From the NCBI GenBank assembly GCA_036172245.1, contig JAYWIR010000003.1:7192001-7256000 (forward strand): 64,000 nt of DNA. Direction: 5' to 3'. The DNA comes from Raillietiella orientalis. Its lineage: Eukaryota. A program made the position numbers and the translations under genes. Below, piece after piece: positions 36,921 to 47,399 of the stretch (positions are counted from its first letter, which is position 1; each line of letters starts with the position of its first letter). The notes under the pieces were generated by a model. The model had not been told where the DNA came from. It was given only the letters and a program-made list of their open reading frames with translations, and did no database searches.

Positions 36921-38914
36921 TTGACCGCCTCGTCCTACTCGGGCGGTAGGCGGGTCGCGCGCGCTTCCCCGAGACGTGGAGGAACTTTAGGCAAAAAGAT
37001 GACGCGCATATTAAGCAAATCTGCGGAAGGGAAAGGAAAAAAAAAAAAAAAAAAAACATGGCGGACGGACGGAGGGGAATCGCACTTGGTAAGATAGCTA
37101 TCTTTCCTAATTTGGCCTCAGTTTTGTGATTTCGGCAAAGTTTGGGAAACTTCAATGGATGCTGTCCTCGTTCTTAACAGATATCATTTCTCTCAAATGC
37201 TTCATTCGCTGCCAGAAAATTGGAACCCCTTTGCGAAGCAGTACGGACAGAATACCGCAGCTGATGAAAGAGGACGATTTTACTCTTTCGATTGCTATGG
37301 AAACTGAAAAAGAGTAATGAGATTTCAATTTTTACACTTTACTGGGTACCAAGATGGAGCGGAAAAAGTTCGAATGCGAAACGAATGGAAAACATACGCA
37401 GCAAGCTCATTTTTCCCATCGTAATATGAAGATGAGAAAAGAAACCTGAAAATCATGCAGTCAGTGGTAGCTAATTTAATGAGAATTTCTATTGTGCCTC
37501 ACGAGGAGGGGAGAGAGAGAGAGAGAAAAAAAAATGTGGCTCAATGCTTTCTTCATATCGAACTCGTTGGAGAACAGACGGATGCAGCATCAAAAGGGGA
37601 GAAAAAAAAAATTCGCGGCTGGAGCTTCCGCAGCTTCTGTTTTCTTTCTTTCTTTTCTTTTTTAATAAAATGCCTCGGTCTTCGAATTTCCATCAGGTAC
37701 ATGTAGTCTTCACTTAATCGGACGCAGGAAAAGTGTAATGGGAAATTCCAATCGGTTTCCATGGGAAACGTGCGACACGTATGTGGGTGGAAGGAGACTC
37801 ATTTTGTTTCAAGTGGTAGGTAAACGGGGAACGCCAGAAGACCTCACTCAGGAAGCTGACCCCTGCAGCAATTTGGGGAAGCAACGGAATCCCCCGGAGC
37901 ACCTTTTCTTTCTTTCTCCCGACGGCACCTTCGCGGGATCCTCGTGGACATCCGAAATCCGCGTGCACATCTTGCGTACGATCCTTCTCATCATTGGGAA
38001 GAAGGAAAAGAAAAAAAAAAGTCGAAGCTGCTGCCTTCCGAGGAAACCGAGAATTTCGTCCCGTTGAAATCGTTGGTCCGATTGGGTCTCCCCCGTCTCG
38101 TCGTCGCCACAGCGAGTTTCCCGGGAAACGGTGCGGAGGGAGGGTCGCGTTGCTGCTCGCCACGCAGACACCTATGGACACCTTGCCCAAGGGAAAGGCC
38201 GGGATCTGATGCCGAGGGGTGAATCCTCCTCCCTCCCCCTCCACCTGGTTGCGTTGTGTACGCAACGCGTTTGTACAGGCCGCGTCGAGTTGCCGGGCGC
38301 GCGGAATTTCCAAAGGAAGGGGAGCTGCATGAAAACGCGGGACGCCTCCCAACGCCCATCCCTTCCGTGCTGGACCAGGCTCATCAATTTTCATCCGGAT
38401 ATCTGCCGGAGGATTAGCGGCACGTACTGAGCGTTTATCGTTCAGTGGACTCATTTTGGCAGAGTGCAGCAGCAGTCGCTGAAGACGAGATCCTCGGCGC
38501 AATCCTTCCTTGCCGTCGAGGGAGGGAGGCTGCCGAACGGTGCTCACGTAGCAGGATGTTTCGCCCACGGGCACGCAGGCCCTCGTGCAAGATCGTGCGG
38601 AGCCGTCGTTGGAACCGCCTGGAAGATGGCGTCTTCATCGGAACTGCTCGTTCGAAGCGTTAACGATTTCCCGTTCAATTGAAGCACCCCTCAAAGTTGA
38701 ACCTGAGGTGGGAAAGAGGTCTGCGTGCATGCAGAAAGAAAAGAAAGTGGTCTCGTAAAATCCAATCTCCCCTCTTCCTTGGGAGAATTTTGCATCACCT
38801 GATCTGCTTCTCTGGTTCGGAACGTTGCCATCCTCAGATTATGGACTTCCCACTAGTCTCGAGAGAAGGGATCGTCTCACGGATCCTGAAAACGGCTGTC
38901 GGCGGCTGCTTTCT

Positions 38915-40055
38915 CCATGCTTGGCACCAAGCACCAAGCGGTTGGAATACCCGTAAAGGGTCGACGCAGAGAAATGGGAGTGCGTCGTGCGTTTCGAGTC
39001 CCTTCCCCCGCAGGGTGACGTTGGCTGGCGTATTCGAGCTCCGCACTGACTGAAACCCGGTCACACTGTTTTTAAAATAAACACCTATGTCCCTGGCAGG
39101 AGGTTCGATCCTGCCCCGCGTCACCTATAACTACGAGGAGGAACCTGCCGGGAATTGGCACGCAGGCCAGCGGGGTTGGCTTCGGCAGCACAGGGGAAGG
39201 AGAGACAAAGAAAAAGAAAAAAAAAAAACATACAGTCAAAAAAAAAATGGGGGGAGGGGGAGATCGGGAAGGGATCACGGTGTGCTGGAGGGTGTCCTCT
39301 GCATCCTTGTATGGATGTCGGCAATTTCCTGTTTCAAGACTCCTAGATGGGGCCATCTTGAGGCTGTGCTCATGAAGAGGACAGCAAAACAGATGGCGTC
39401 GCTGTCGTCCTGGCCTCCTCTGGCGTTGCTGCTCCATGCGGCCACGGTCCCGCCCCGTGGGCAGCACAGTGCTTTTGGGGATGCAACCGGCGTGAGGGCG
39501 TCGCGCAGGAAGAAGCGCTTTAAAATGAGGCACCGGTAGAAGCAGGATGCCCGCTGACTGGCCAGGATTGGAAGTTTCCAATCCTGGCCAGGAGGCCCTC
39601 AGGAGCCCTTTCAAGAAGCAAGGAACCCTTCCCATCCGGTTGGGAAAATGAGGGGCTGCCTCTCCAGAGTGTGCTCCTCTCCTCTGCTCCCTCCAGGTAG
39701 CGCCCTTCAGAGAAATTGGGAAGCATCCCTTCGGGGTTCTCTTCCGAGGAGGAAACGAGAAGCCTCTCCCCGTTTCGGCTCCCTTGCGGGTGAGTACCCT
39801 CCGGAGAAGAAATAATGGAGTGGTCTCCTCCGAAAGTCCCTCCGGAGAGAATAAGGAAGCGGGTTCCTTCGTAGCCCCCCTACCAAGCACGAGAGGAAGC
39901 GACTTTTTCCTCCGGATACTTCCTGTATCCATAGGGCGGTCCCTACGGAGTTATCTCCTGAACTACACGCGCCCTCGGGTGGCGAGGGCGGGGTCAAAGA
40001 GCTTCGTGAGCTCTCCTAAAGAGGCTGACGGTTCTTCAGCACTTGGCGAATTTTG
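38915..40055 (+). mobile_element. tRNA-derived SINE-like family, copy E, split by LINE copy 4
   Basis: Head (GGCACCAAGC...GTCGTGCGTTTCGAGTCC) at 38915-39054; body resumes at ~39528 (GAGGCACC...GGATGCCC) and continues through the module array and tail to ~40055. Confidence 0.8.
39055..39527 (-). mobile_element. Tx1/L1-like LINE copy 4, short 3' fragment
   Basis: ORF2 C-terminal homology (LCCPRG-TVAAW, RWPHL); stop TGA at 39275-39277 followed by TCCC; structured 3' UTR ending CCGGGT at 39055. Confidence 0.85.
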
Positions 40056-40799
40056 AGAAGGAGCAGCTACAGGGAACACACTCGTGAGTCCACGAGTCCC
40101 TGGTGACCTCGCCGACAGTTTCTTCAGAGTCCCGCAATTTCGATTCTGCGAGGGATTCCGGGAAACGAGATCGTATAAGTTCTCTCTGGTGCCGTTTGTC
40201 ACCACCTTTTCCCGAGACGGCCGGGAACAGTGAAGAAAGGAAAAGGTGCTCATAGGACTTTTGCACAACCACGCCTCTCCAGAACCCTTGCTGTGTCCCT
40301 CCCTGAAGACAAGAGGCGGCAAGATCCATCGCACAGCAGTGGTCTGCTGTGGTCACTGCCTACATTTTGGTGTGCATTTTGCGGTCATGCTGGAAGCAGC
40401 AGCAGCCTCAGGATAGAAAGACCAATCCCCCTTACGCCCAAGATGTCATCCCGTTGTTTGTTCCAGCCAAACATCAGAATCCATCTCGATAAGCCGAGAA
40501 GAATCTTGTGACCTCCGAGCGTCCGAAACACCTCCGGCCGTCCCAAGTCGAGGGATGCCGTTTGAGGGGACGCACACTCGTTCCTGGAATGCTCTTTTCC
40601 TTTGTTTTTTGTTTTTGTTTTTTTCTTTTTTTAAAAAAAAAATGCGGAAACAAAAAAAAGGTCACGCTTCTGTCCTCTTCAATTAGCTACTGATGTCGGA
40701 GTGAGAAAGGAGGATTCTCTTCGACGTTTTCAAGAGACAGCACAAAGGACTTCCCGTATACCTTAATTTTCAAGTTTGCGCTGAACCCCAACAGTTACT

Positions 40800-41620
40800 G
40801 CACTGGAATCCCCGTGCGATCACCAGTGGAGGCCTCTAATCCCGTCATTTTTTGCCTCTTGGATTTGCATCTCATTTCCATCGCAAGCATCCAGGGCAGC
40901 AAATGTTATTTTATGCTGCCTGGTTCTTCGCTTCCGAGAGCGTTCAAGGAGAAAGTGCGTGTGTCAGAAGGAGTTCACGTTTGCCGGTAATGTGGTAAAG
41001 TACCTACTCCAGTCTTGCAAAAAGAACAATGACGAGTAATGAAAGGTGAAGTTAGTATTCCAGGGATTCCGGACAGCGAACAGCGAATTCCCCTCAAGTG
41101 CATTCCGTAGGGATTTCCGTGGAATCGCTCAGCGAGCTCGTACAAAACGCGGAAGCCCTTTCCCTGGAAACCAGCCACCGAGCGCGTGGCCCAGGGATCC
41201 GTAGGTCGAGGCAGAGCGGGTTCGAGTGGGGTAGGGGGGGAGTCGGCTACATACGAACAGATGAACAACCATTAATAAGTCGTCGCATGCCCGAGGCAAA
41301 AACGTCTGCGCAGTGCACAGTCGATTGTTCCAGATTAGATCAGCCATCAATACCCGTTAGCCATCGGATGTGCCGCCATTTATCCTGCGGAGCAAGGTCA
41401 TCCAGAATACATAAAGGAACAGATTACCCCAAAGTAAAAACCTCAAGCACATCTGAGAAGAAAGAAGCTCTTTCAGGACTCCGGCAGCAGAATGGCCACT
41501 AAAGCTTTTGGATATCGTGCGTTGTCGTGAGAGTTCTGGGAGGCCGTTCGCCTAATCCACGATTGCCTCGCTTAATTTGGAAGAGTGCAGCTGATCTTGG
41601 AACGATCTACGCAGAAATAG
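40800..41620 (+). mobile_element. RTE/CR1-type LINE reverse transcriptase remnant
   Basis: PVLQK, GISVESLSEL (RGISL-S--K-like), RQSGFEWGRGGVGYI (Q-GFR-GR---D-I), VDCSRLDQPSIPVSH (D--KAFD-V-H-like). Confidence 0.6.
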
Positions 41621-42384
41621 ATCTTTGCGCGGGTTCATAAAGAATTGCGATGCTCAGGAAACGGCAGCAAGGCAAAATCAATCAAGGCTCACCGAGCGTG
41701 CAGCTTCCCTCGGAGCGGGGGAGCTGGCAGGATGCAAAACGAGGCAAGAAAAAAACAAACTCCATCTTCAACTTGCGCAAGGAAGCAAGCAGGAAGGAAG
41801 GAAGGAAGGAAGGAAATACCCGTTCTTCGGCGCTCGCCCCGCGTGTTCTTCCTTTCGTGTCTCCGGCGTTCGGCCGCGTTGGCCGCACTCGCTCGCCCAC
41901 GGGCTTCTCGCTCGCCGTTTCACTTTTTCTGATCCCGCGCAACGTCGAGAGTGGTGACAGCGACCTCGTCGGCGCCTTCTCGTGAGGATGGGGGGACCTG
42001 TACGAATGGTAGCAGGAAAGGCGGCAACCTCCGAAGACGAGTTCGACCTCGCTTTGATTCCAGCGACCGGTTACGGCAACCGCACCTTCGTGAACTGACC
42101 TGCTCTGTTTGGGGAACCCTGCGCTCCTTCTTCTGCTCCCAACTGCCTCGAATTCTTCCCGCTTGCAAACCGCCTAGGCAATTCGCCTCAGGGCAGCAGC
42201 GGGTGCTGTTTCGCCCTAGCCGGTGATTCTGGGACTCTCGTCTGTCTTTTGCTTTCCCCTCAGAATGGAACGTGAGATGTGAACTCTCACTCCCACCCCT
42301 TTGATCCATTCCCTCTAGCAGAAAAAAAAAAAAAAGAATCCTGTTTAGTGTGTGTGGATATTTCTGGAGTAAAAAATTAGAGGA

Positions 42385-42445
42385 ACACACACACACACGC
42401 ACGCACACACACACGCACGCACACACACACATACACACACACACA
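42385..42445. repeat. (CA)n/(CACG)n microsatellite immediately upstream of a splice acceptor
   Basis: Read directly; ends about 17 nt before the AG at 42462-42463. Confidence 0.95.
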
Positions 42446-42463
42446 AACTTCCATCCCTTTTAG

Positions 42464-42772
42464 AGGTGGAATCTAGAATATTGGGTCCTCCCGAAATCCA
42501 CGTGAGACCAGAGACAAAAGTGGAGATCGTGTGCGTGGTGAATTCCTCCCAGAGACTGAATGAAAGAATATTCTCCCACTGGTCCTTCGAAGACCGCGTT
42601 CTGGAGCTGAACAGCACCAGGAAGCAGGTGTACCTGAGCATTCACTGCAACCTGACCTGCGAGACCAGGAGCAAGCTGAACATCTACCACGTCATCATCG
42701 GAGACAGCGGGAAGTACTCTTGCGTCACCGTCGGTGGGACACCTTCCTCTATCCTGATTCACGTCATGGAAG
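42464..42772 (+). CDS. Dpr/ZIG-8-family Ig protein, exon encoding Ig2
   Basis: CCCTTTTAG| acceptor (phase 1); SRILGPPEIHVRPETKVEIVCVV...HW...SKLNIYHVIIGDSGKYSC...SILIHVME; donor AAG|GTAAGG (phase 1). Matches the Dpr Ig2 pattern (I-G--E--V-----I-C, S-L-I----DSG-Y-C). Downstream exon(s) not located. Confidence 0.93.
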
Positions 42773-43447
42773 GTAAGGGCCGCGGGTGAAAGAGCGCCTC
42801 GGGCCTTCGCCGCGTAGTCCGTACGGCGCCAGGACGTGTTCGGCTCCGCGCCGAATTTTTCCGGGAGCGCACGTCTGCAGAATTTATTGCCTTACTAAAT
42901 CAGGACTTTAAAATCCCGGCAGAGGCGGATCGCACGCTATGCTGCCCGGAAACTGCTCAGATCTTCGCAGATTACCGATATCCACAATAAAGCAAAGCAG
43001 CTAACAAAGGTAGATCGTGGTGCTGGTACTTTATGGCCGAAGGGTTTCGTCGTTTCCTCCCTGCGCGAGCCCGGATTCCCTGGAACGGATTGGGGGTGGA
43101 AGAGCTCCGAATCCATCAGACGCGCTACCTTTCCGACGCCCAAAGTGCCCTCGCAGGGGAGGAACACGGGCTTCCTTGCGAAAAGCTTGAATTTGAACGA
43201 TGAATCTGAATTTCGCCGGGAGTTCAATTCTCAGGGATTTCCCCTTTTTCCTTCTTTCCTTTGTTTCGACTCGGGTTCCGGCGTCCCGAAGAGGATTTTT
43301 GAATTCGGGCCGGGTACTCGTACAGGGCGGATGGAGCGCCAAAGCCGAGCTAGCGGATTTCGGTGGCGGAAACCGCCACCACCTCGTACTCGCTTCCCGC
43401 TCGGAAGAGGCTCCCGTGGCACGCGGAGCCACCCGCCGACTTGCTTG

Positions 43448-45450
43448 CACCCGGGTGCGCCGGAACGTTTATTCTTTCGAATAAGCACGTACAAGATCTG
43501 TGGCTGGACCCGCAGTCCAGCCACGCGCTAAATGCTGGAAGCCTGCCGGGTCACCGGTTCGCAGACCGGTGCGGTCCACCTCGGCAGCAGAGGGAAGGGG
43601 GCAAAAACAAAAAGAAACACAAAAATACAAAAATAAATAAAGAAAACGGGGGAGGACACGGTAAGGGATCACGGTCTGCTGGTTAAGCACCGTCACATCC
43701 TTTGGAGGATGCCGGCAAGCTCTTTCTGGATATTGGATTTCAGATGGGGCCATCACGTCTCCATCCTCAAGAACCGGACGGCATATTCGCTGGCATCCCT
43801 ATCGCTGGGTCCTCCCGTCGCGTTGCCCCATGCAGCGACGATCCCGCGTGGGCAGCACAGGGCTGCTAGCGAGGCCGCTGGCGGCAGAGCGTCTCGAACG
43901 AAGAGGGGTCGTATAGCGTCTCTGGGGATGCCTTCGGGGGTTCCCAGGGCCTCGGCAAAGAGTTCCCACAGGGGCTGGAGGGCAGCACAATCCACTAACA
44001 GGTGGGAGAGGGATTCCCTCTCCCCGTACCGAACACAATTAGGGTCGAAAATCCCCCGCGTCCAGTGGTGACGGAGGGCGTTGCACGGGAGACACCAACC
44101 CGCCGACTTGCGGACACCGTCTCGGAGCAATCGGTAGAGCAATGAACGAGAGCGTGCGCCTCGGTGCGTGCCCTACACAGAGGTAGCACGCCAAGGAGCA
44201 CACTTGGCAGCCCCCGTTTTCGAATGCTTTCGTTCCCACCGGATTCTCCTCCTGCGTTATTCCGAAGGGGGTTGTTGCTATGGTGCGCCGATCAGTGATT
44301 CCTTCTCTCCCGCGCTGACCTGCTACGGTCGCTCGTGCAAATCAGCGGTTCCAAGCACGCTTCGTCTCCGGAGTGCCAGACGGGAACGGGATTTCGCTCC
44401 TCGCGCGACTACTGCTCGTCAGACGTGACACACGAAGCGAGAGATTTTCGGCCTCCGCTTCCAGTACGGTAGCTTCTAGCGGAAGCGAGACCGTGGCGGA
44501 AAGGGTCCAAGGTGTCTTCGTATCTGCGTGAACAGAGACACGCATGAAAGGAGCGGGCGTCGCCAACCTACGCGGACTCTGCGTGCCTCGGTGCTAAAGG
44601 ACGATATCTTCTCGACCTCGAGCCCATGCCCACGGAAGAGTAAAGTGCTCCGAGTACAGAGGCCATCGCCAAAGCCAGAGCCCAGCCAGTCGCTCGCAGT
44701 CCCGATGAACTCGCAAAAGTTGTGGAGACTCTACGGGAACACGGATTCGTCCGGAGAGCCCATCCACCGCTCCTTCCAAGCTGCTGCTCCGCGTCCTGCA
44801 TCCCAACGTCCGTGTCCTGTCTCCTGCCCAGAAAGAGATGGAGCACCACCATGCTTTGCTGACCGGAGGAGATTTGTTGAACCCCACCCACAAGAAACGA
44901 GAGGAAGGCACATCTGCACATTTGACCCACGCCGGACGGCTGCTCGAAACGCCGAGCTTCTTGCAGGGCATTGAGCGTTCTCTTCGGCATCTCGTTCAAA
45001 GGTTCCACCCTCAGGCGATGTTCGACCCGTTCGAGTCTTCCGCCAAAGATGCAAACTTCGGCAGAGAAGGGGCTTCTGGAGGCGCGTTCTTTCCGATCCC
45101 CAAGCGACGTAATCCAACAGTGAGATCGTATTGTCCTTTCGCACGCGTTCAGGACCGTTCAGAAAAGAGCGGAAGAAGGAGAGGGCTTCAGCAGAGCGGA
45201 CGGTTGCACGGGCAGCCCCGTCAGTCGCAGTCCACTGGCGCAGTGAGATGCAACGGCTGACAAAGAGATGACAGAAAGCTTTCAGAGGCCTGTTCTTTTT
45301 GTGGCGATCGATCGATCGGTCCAGTCGTTTCCGTCCTCCTCTGCCTGGAAACACCTCTGGCAGGAAGCGGTTCGGAAAGTGTCCGCGCCGTGAAACTTGT
45401 CTGGAGTTCATTGGGATGGAATTTTGTCATCCGGCGGAAAGCGGCACCGA
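43448..45450 (-). mobile_element. Tx1/L1-like LINE copy 5 (well-preserved zf-RVT and 3' UTR, plus decayed RT upstream)
   Basis: LPCNALRHHWTRGIFDPNCVRYGERESLSHLLVDC; stop at 43669-43671. Upstream motifs ISLLDYVAW, GVGQMCRCAFLSF (GVRQGCPLS--LF-like), FASSSGLR. The RT part may belong to a separate, older copy. Confidence 0.8.
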
Positions 45451-47399
45451 CCGGGACTCCTACGCTGCTCCCACATAGCACATATATCAGGAGCAACGGA
45501 AGAGACAGATCTCGAACTCGAGGCGTGGATGAAGAAGCAGCCGAGGCGACAAACCTCGGACTCAAGGCGTGGATATAAACGTCTCCAAGGGTGGATGATA
45601 CTGTTTGCTTCTTGCGCCTTGCTTTTTCCTGCAGCAGTTCTGCGTTCTGCGTGGGTGTTTCTGGGCGAAGCGAGGGTTTCACGGACACTGGCCGGAGGTG
45701 GCAACTGCAAGGGCGCGGTGTGCGCCTTCGCCAGCCCCTCTCGATCAGCATGCTGGGAATCCATGAACCCCTTGGGAGTGACCCTTTCGAAAGGGGTCGC
45801 CGTGCGCCACGAGCATTCCCCGCGTCGGGTGAACGAGCCAAAGGTAGATGTGTCCGCCCACCACCGCCGCACGCGGTGTGGAAGCTCCGGCAGCGCCGCT
45901 CTGCGGTGGGAGACTGCGCGCAGATGGAGCCCGCCACTGCGCACTGAACCGTGGCGCCAACGTCAAAAAACTTTCCCCGCCTCCTTGAGGGAACGGGAAG
46001 GACTCTTTCAAATTTCTCCGGCGTGGCCAGGTTTCTCCATCCTGGGTTCTTTCCTGAGGCATTAATCTTTAATTGGGCGTGCTTTGCGATGGTCCATCCT
46101 CGATCTGATCGACCGATCAAAGGACTTCGCGTATTAATAATCCACGGGGCATTTCTGGTTCAACGTTCTTCGGGCTCGCGATCAGCGGAGAGAAAGGGAA
46201 GCCAAGACTTCGCGGAAGGGTTTCCAAGGTCACGTGACGGCGCGGGAAGCAAGAAGAAGAAGAAAAAACAACAGCGGAAAAGAAAAAAAAGAAGAAGCAA
46301 AAAGAAGAAAATAAAGAAGGCAAGATAAAAAAGGAGAGCATTCGGTCCTTGGAAGCGGTTCACGGAGCTTCCTCGAAAGAGAGCGCCCGCCGCGAAGGCT
46401 ATGCTCGTCAGCGCGTTCTCGTGGCCGGATTTTTTTTCGAAAAAGTCCATTGATGTCGGCAGGAATTCATTCCATCGAATCACCACCAGGGATGAAGGGG
46501 GCATCCGCTCTGGGAACGCCAAGTGGCGCACAGGGCTGCCGTGGAAGCGCAGAGCGTATCCAACGGGATGGCCACAAGCGGGTGCTTCCTGGGTTCCTCC
46601 AGGCCTGCCTGGAGGACCCAGGAGACCTTTGTTCTTCCGCGGCACCGCCCGCTTTTCCCTCCCGCGAGTCCCAGGAATTCCTGCCTCCTCTTTGCATGGA
46701 TCCCGCACGGAATGGCTGACTCCTCTGACCGATGTCCAGGATTGGGCAGCTCCGCTCGTTTTGCATGCGGGAGGGATGCCTGACCTTCCCTCGGGCTGCC
46801 GCACCGCGGAAGACGGCAGCGACTCTCCACTTTGATGGCTCGCCCGGGGCGTTCCCGGAGCGACCTGGTCCAGGGTAAGGGCGACGCTTGAAGATGGAGG
46901 ATGAGTCGAAGGAGGATGGGAAGTTAAGGGGCGTGGCACCGCGAGGGAGAAAGGCGACATCCAAGGACGCGCGTGGCGTGGTTGCCAAGAGGGCTATGAC
47001 CGATTTTTGGTCTGAGTCGTATCGGATCGGAGGAGACGTGTGTTGACCGCGGGGCAGCTGAGATCACAAGACGGTTGCGCCGGCTTGAGTCCGCCGCAGG
47101 GGACGTGTCTCCTAGGAAGACGGCGTCACTCGAAGGAGCATCGGAAGCCTCAGACCGTCCGTGCATGAGCGCGAATGAGCCGTCTGATTCGTCGCGTCCT
47201 TTGGCGGCGGTGACGGAGATGCACGGCGTTTCGCCACAAGCGAATCTCCAAGGCGACAGGAGCTGCCTGCACTCCCTCCTCCCTCGGCCTCCGCTGCTTC
47301 CCCCTGCCTCTCTCCTCCCCCTTCCCGCGGGGGACTTCCTCGCGAATGTTCGCCGCCGCTTCTCCTGCAGGAGGGCGCGCGGGCGAACGTCAGCTTTGC

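Noticed and set aside
43600..43650. A-rich tracts as poly(A) tails of plus-strand retrocopies
   Set aside because: They lie at a fixed position just after the minus-strand ORF2 stop, so they are the T-rich 3' UTR of the LINE.
46500..46850. Plus-strand Tx1 C-terminal fragment (WVPPGLPGGPRRPLFFRG)
   Set aside because: The similarity is suggestive, but there is no intact finger or 3' terminus, so it is too weak to list as a feature.
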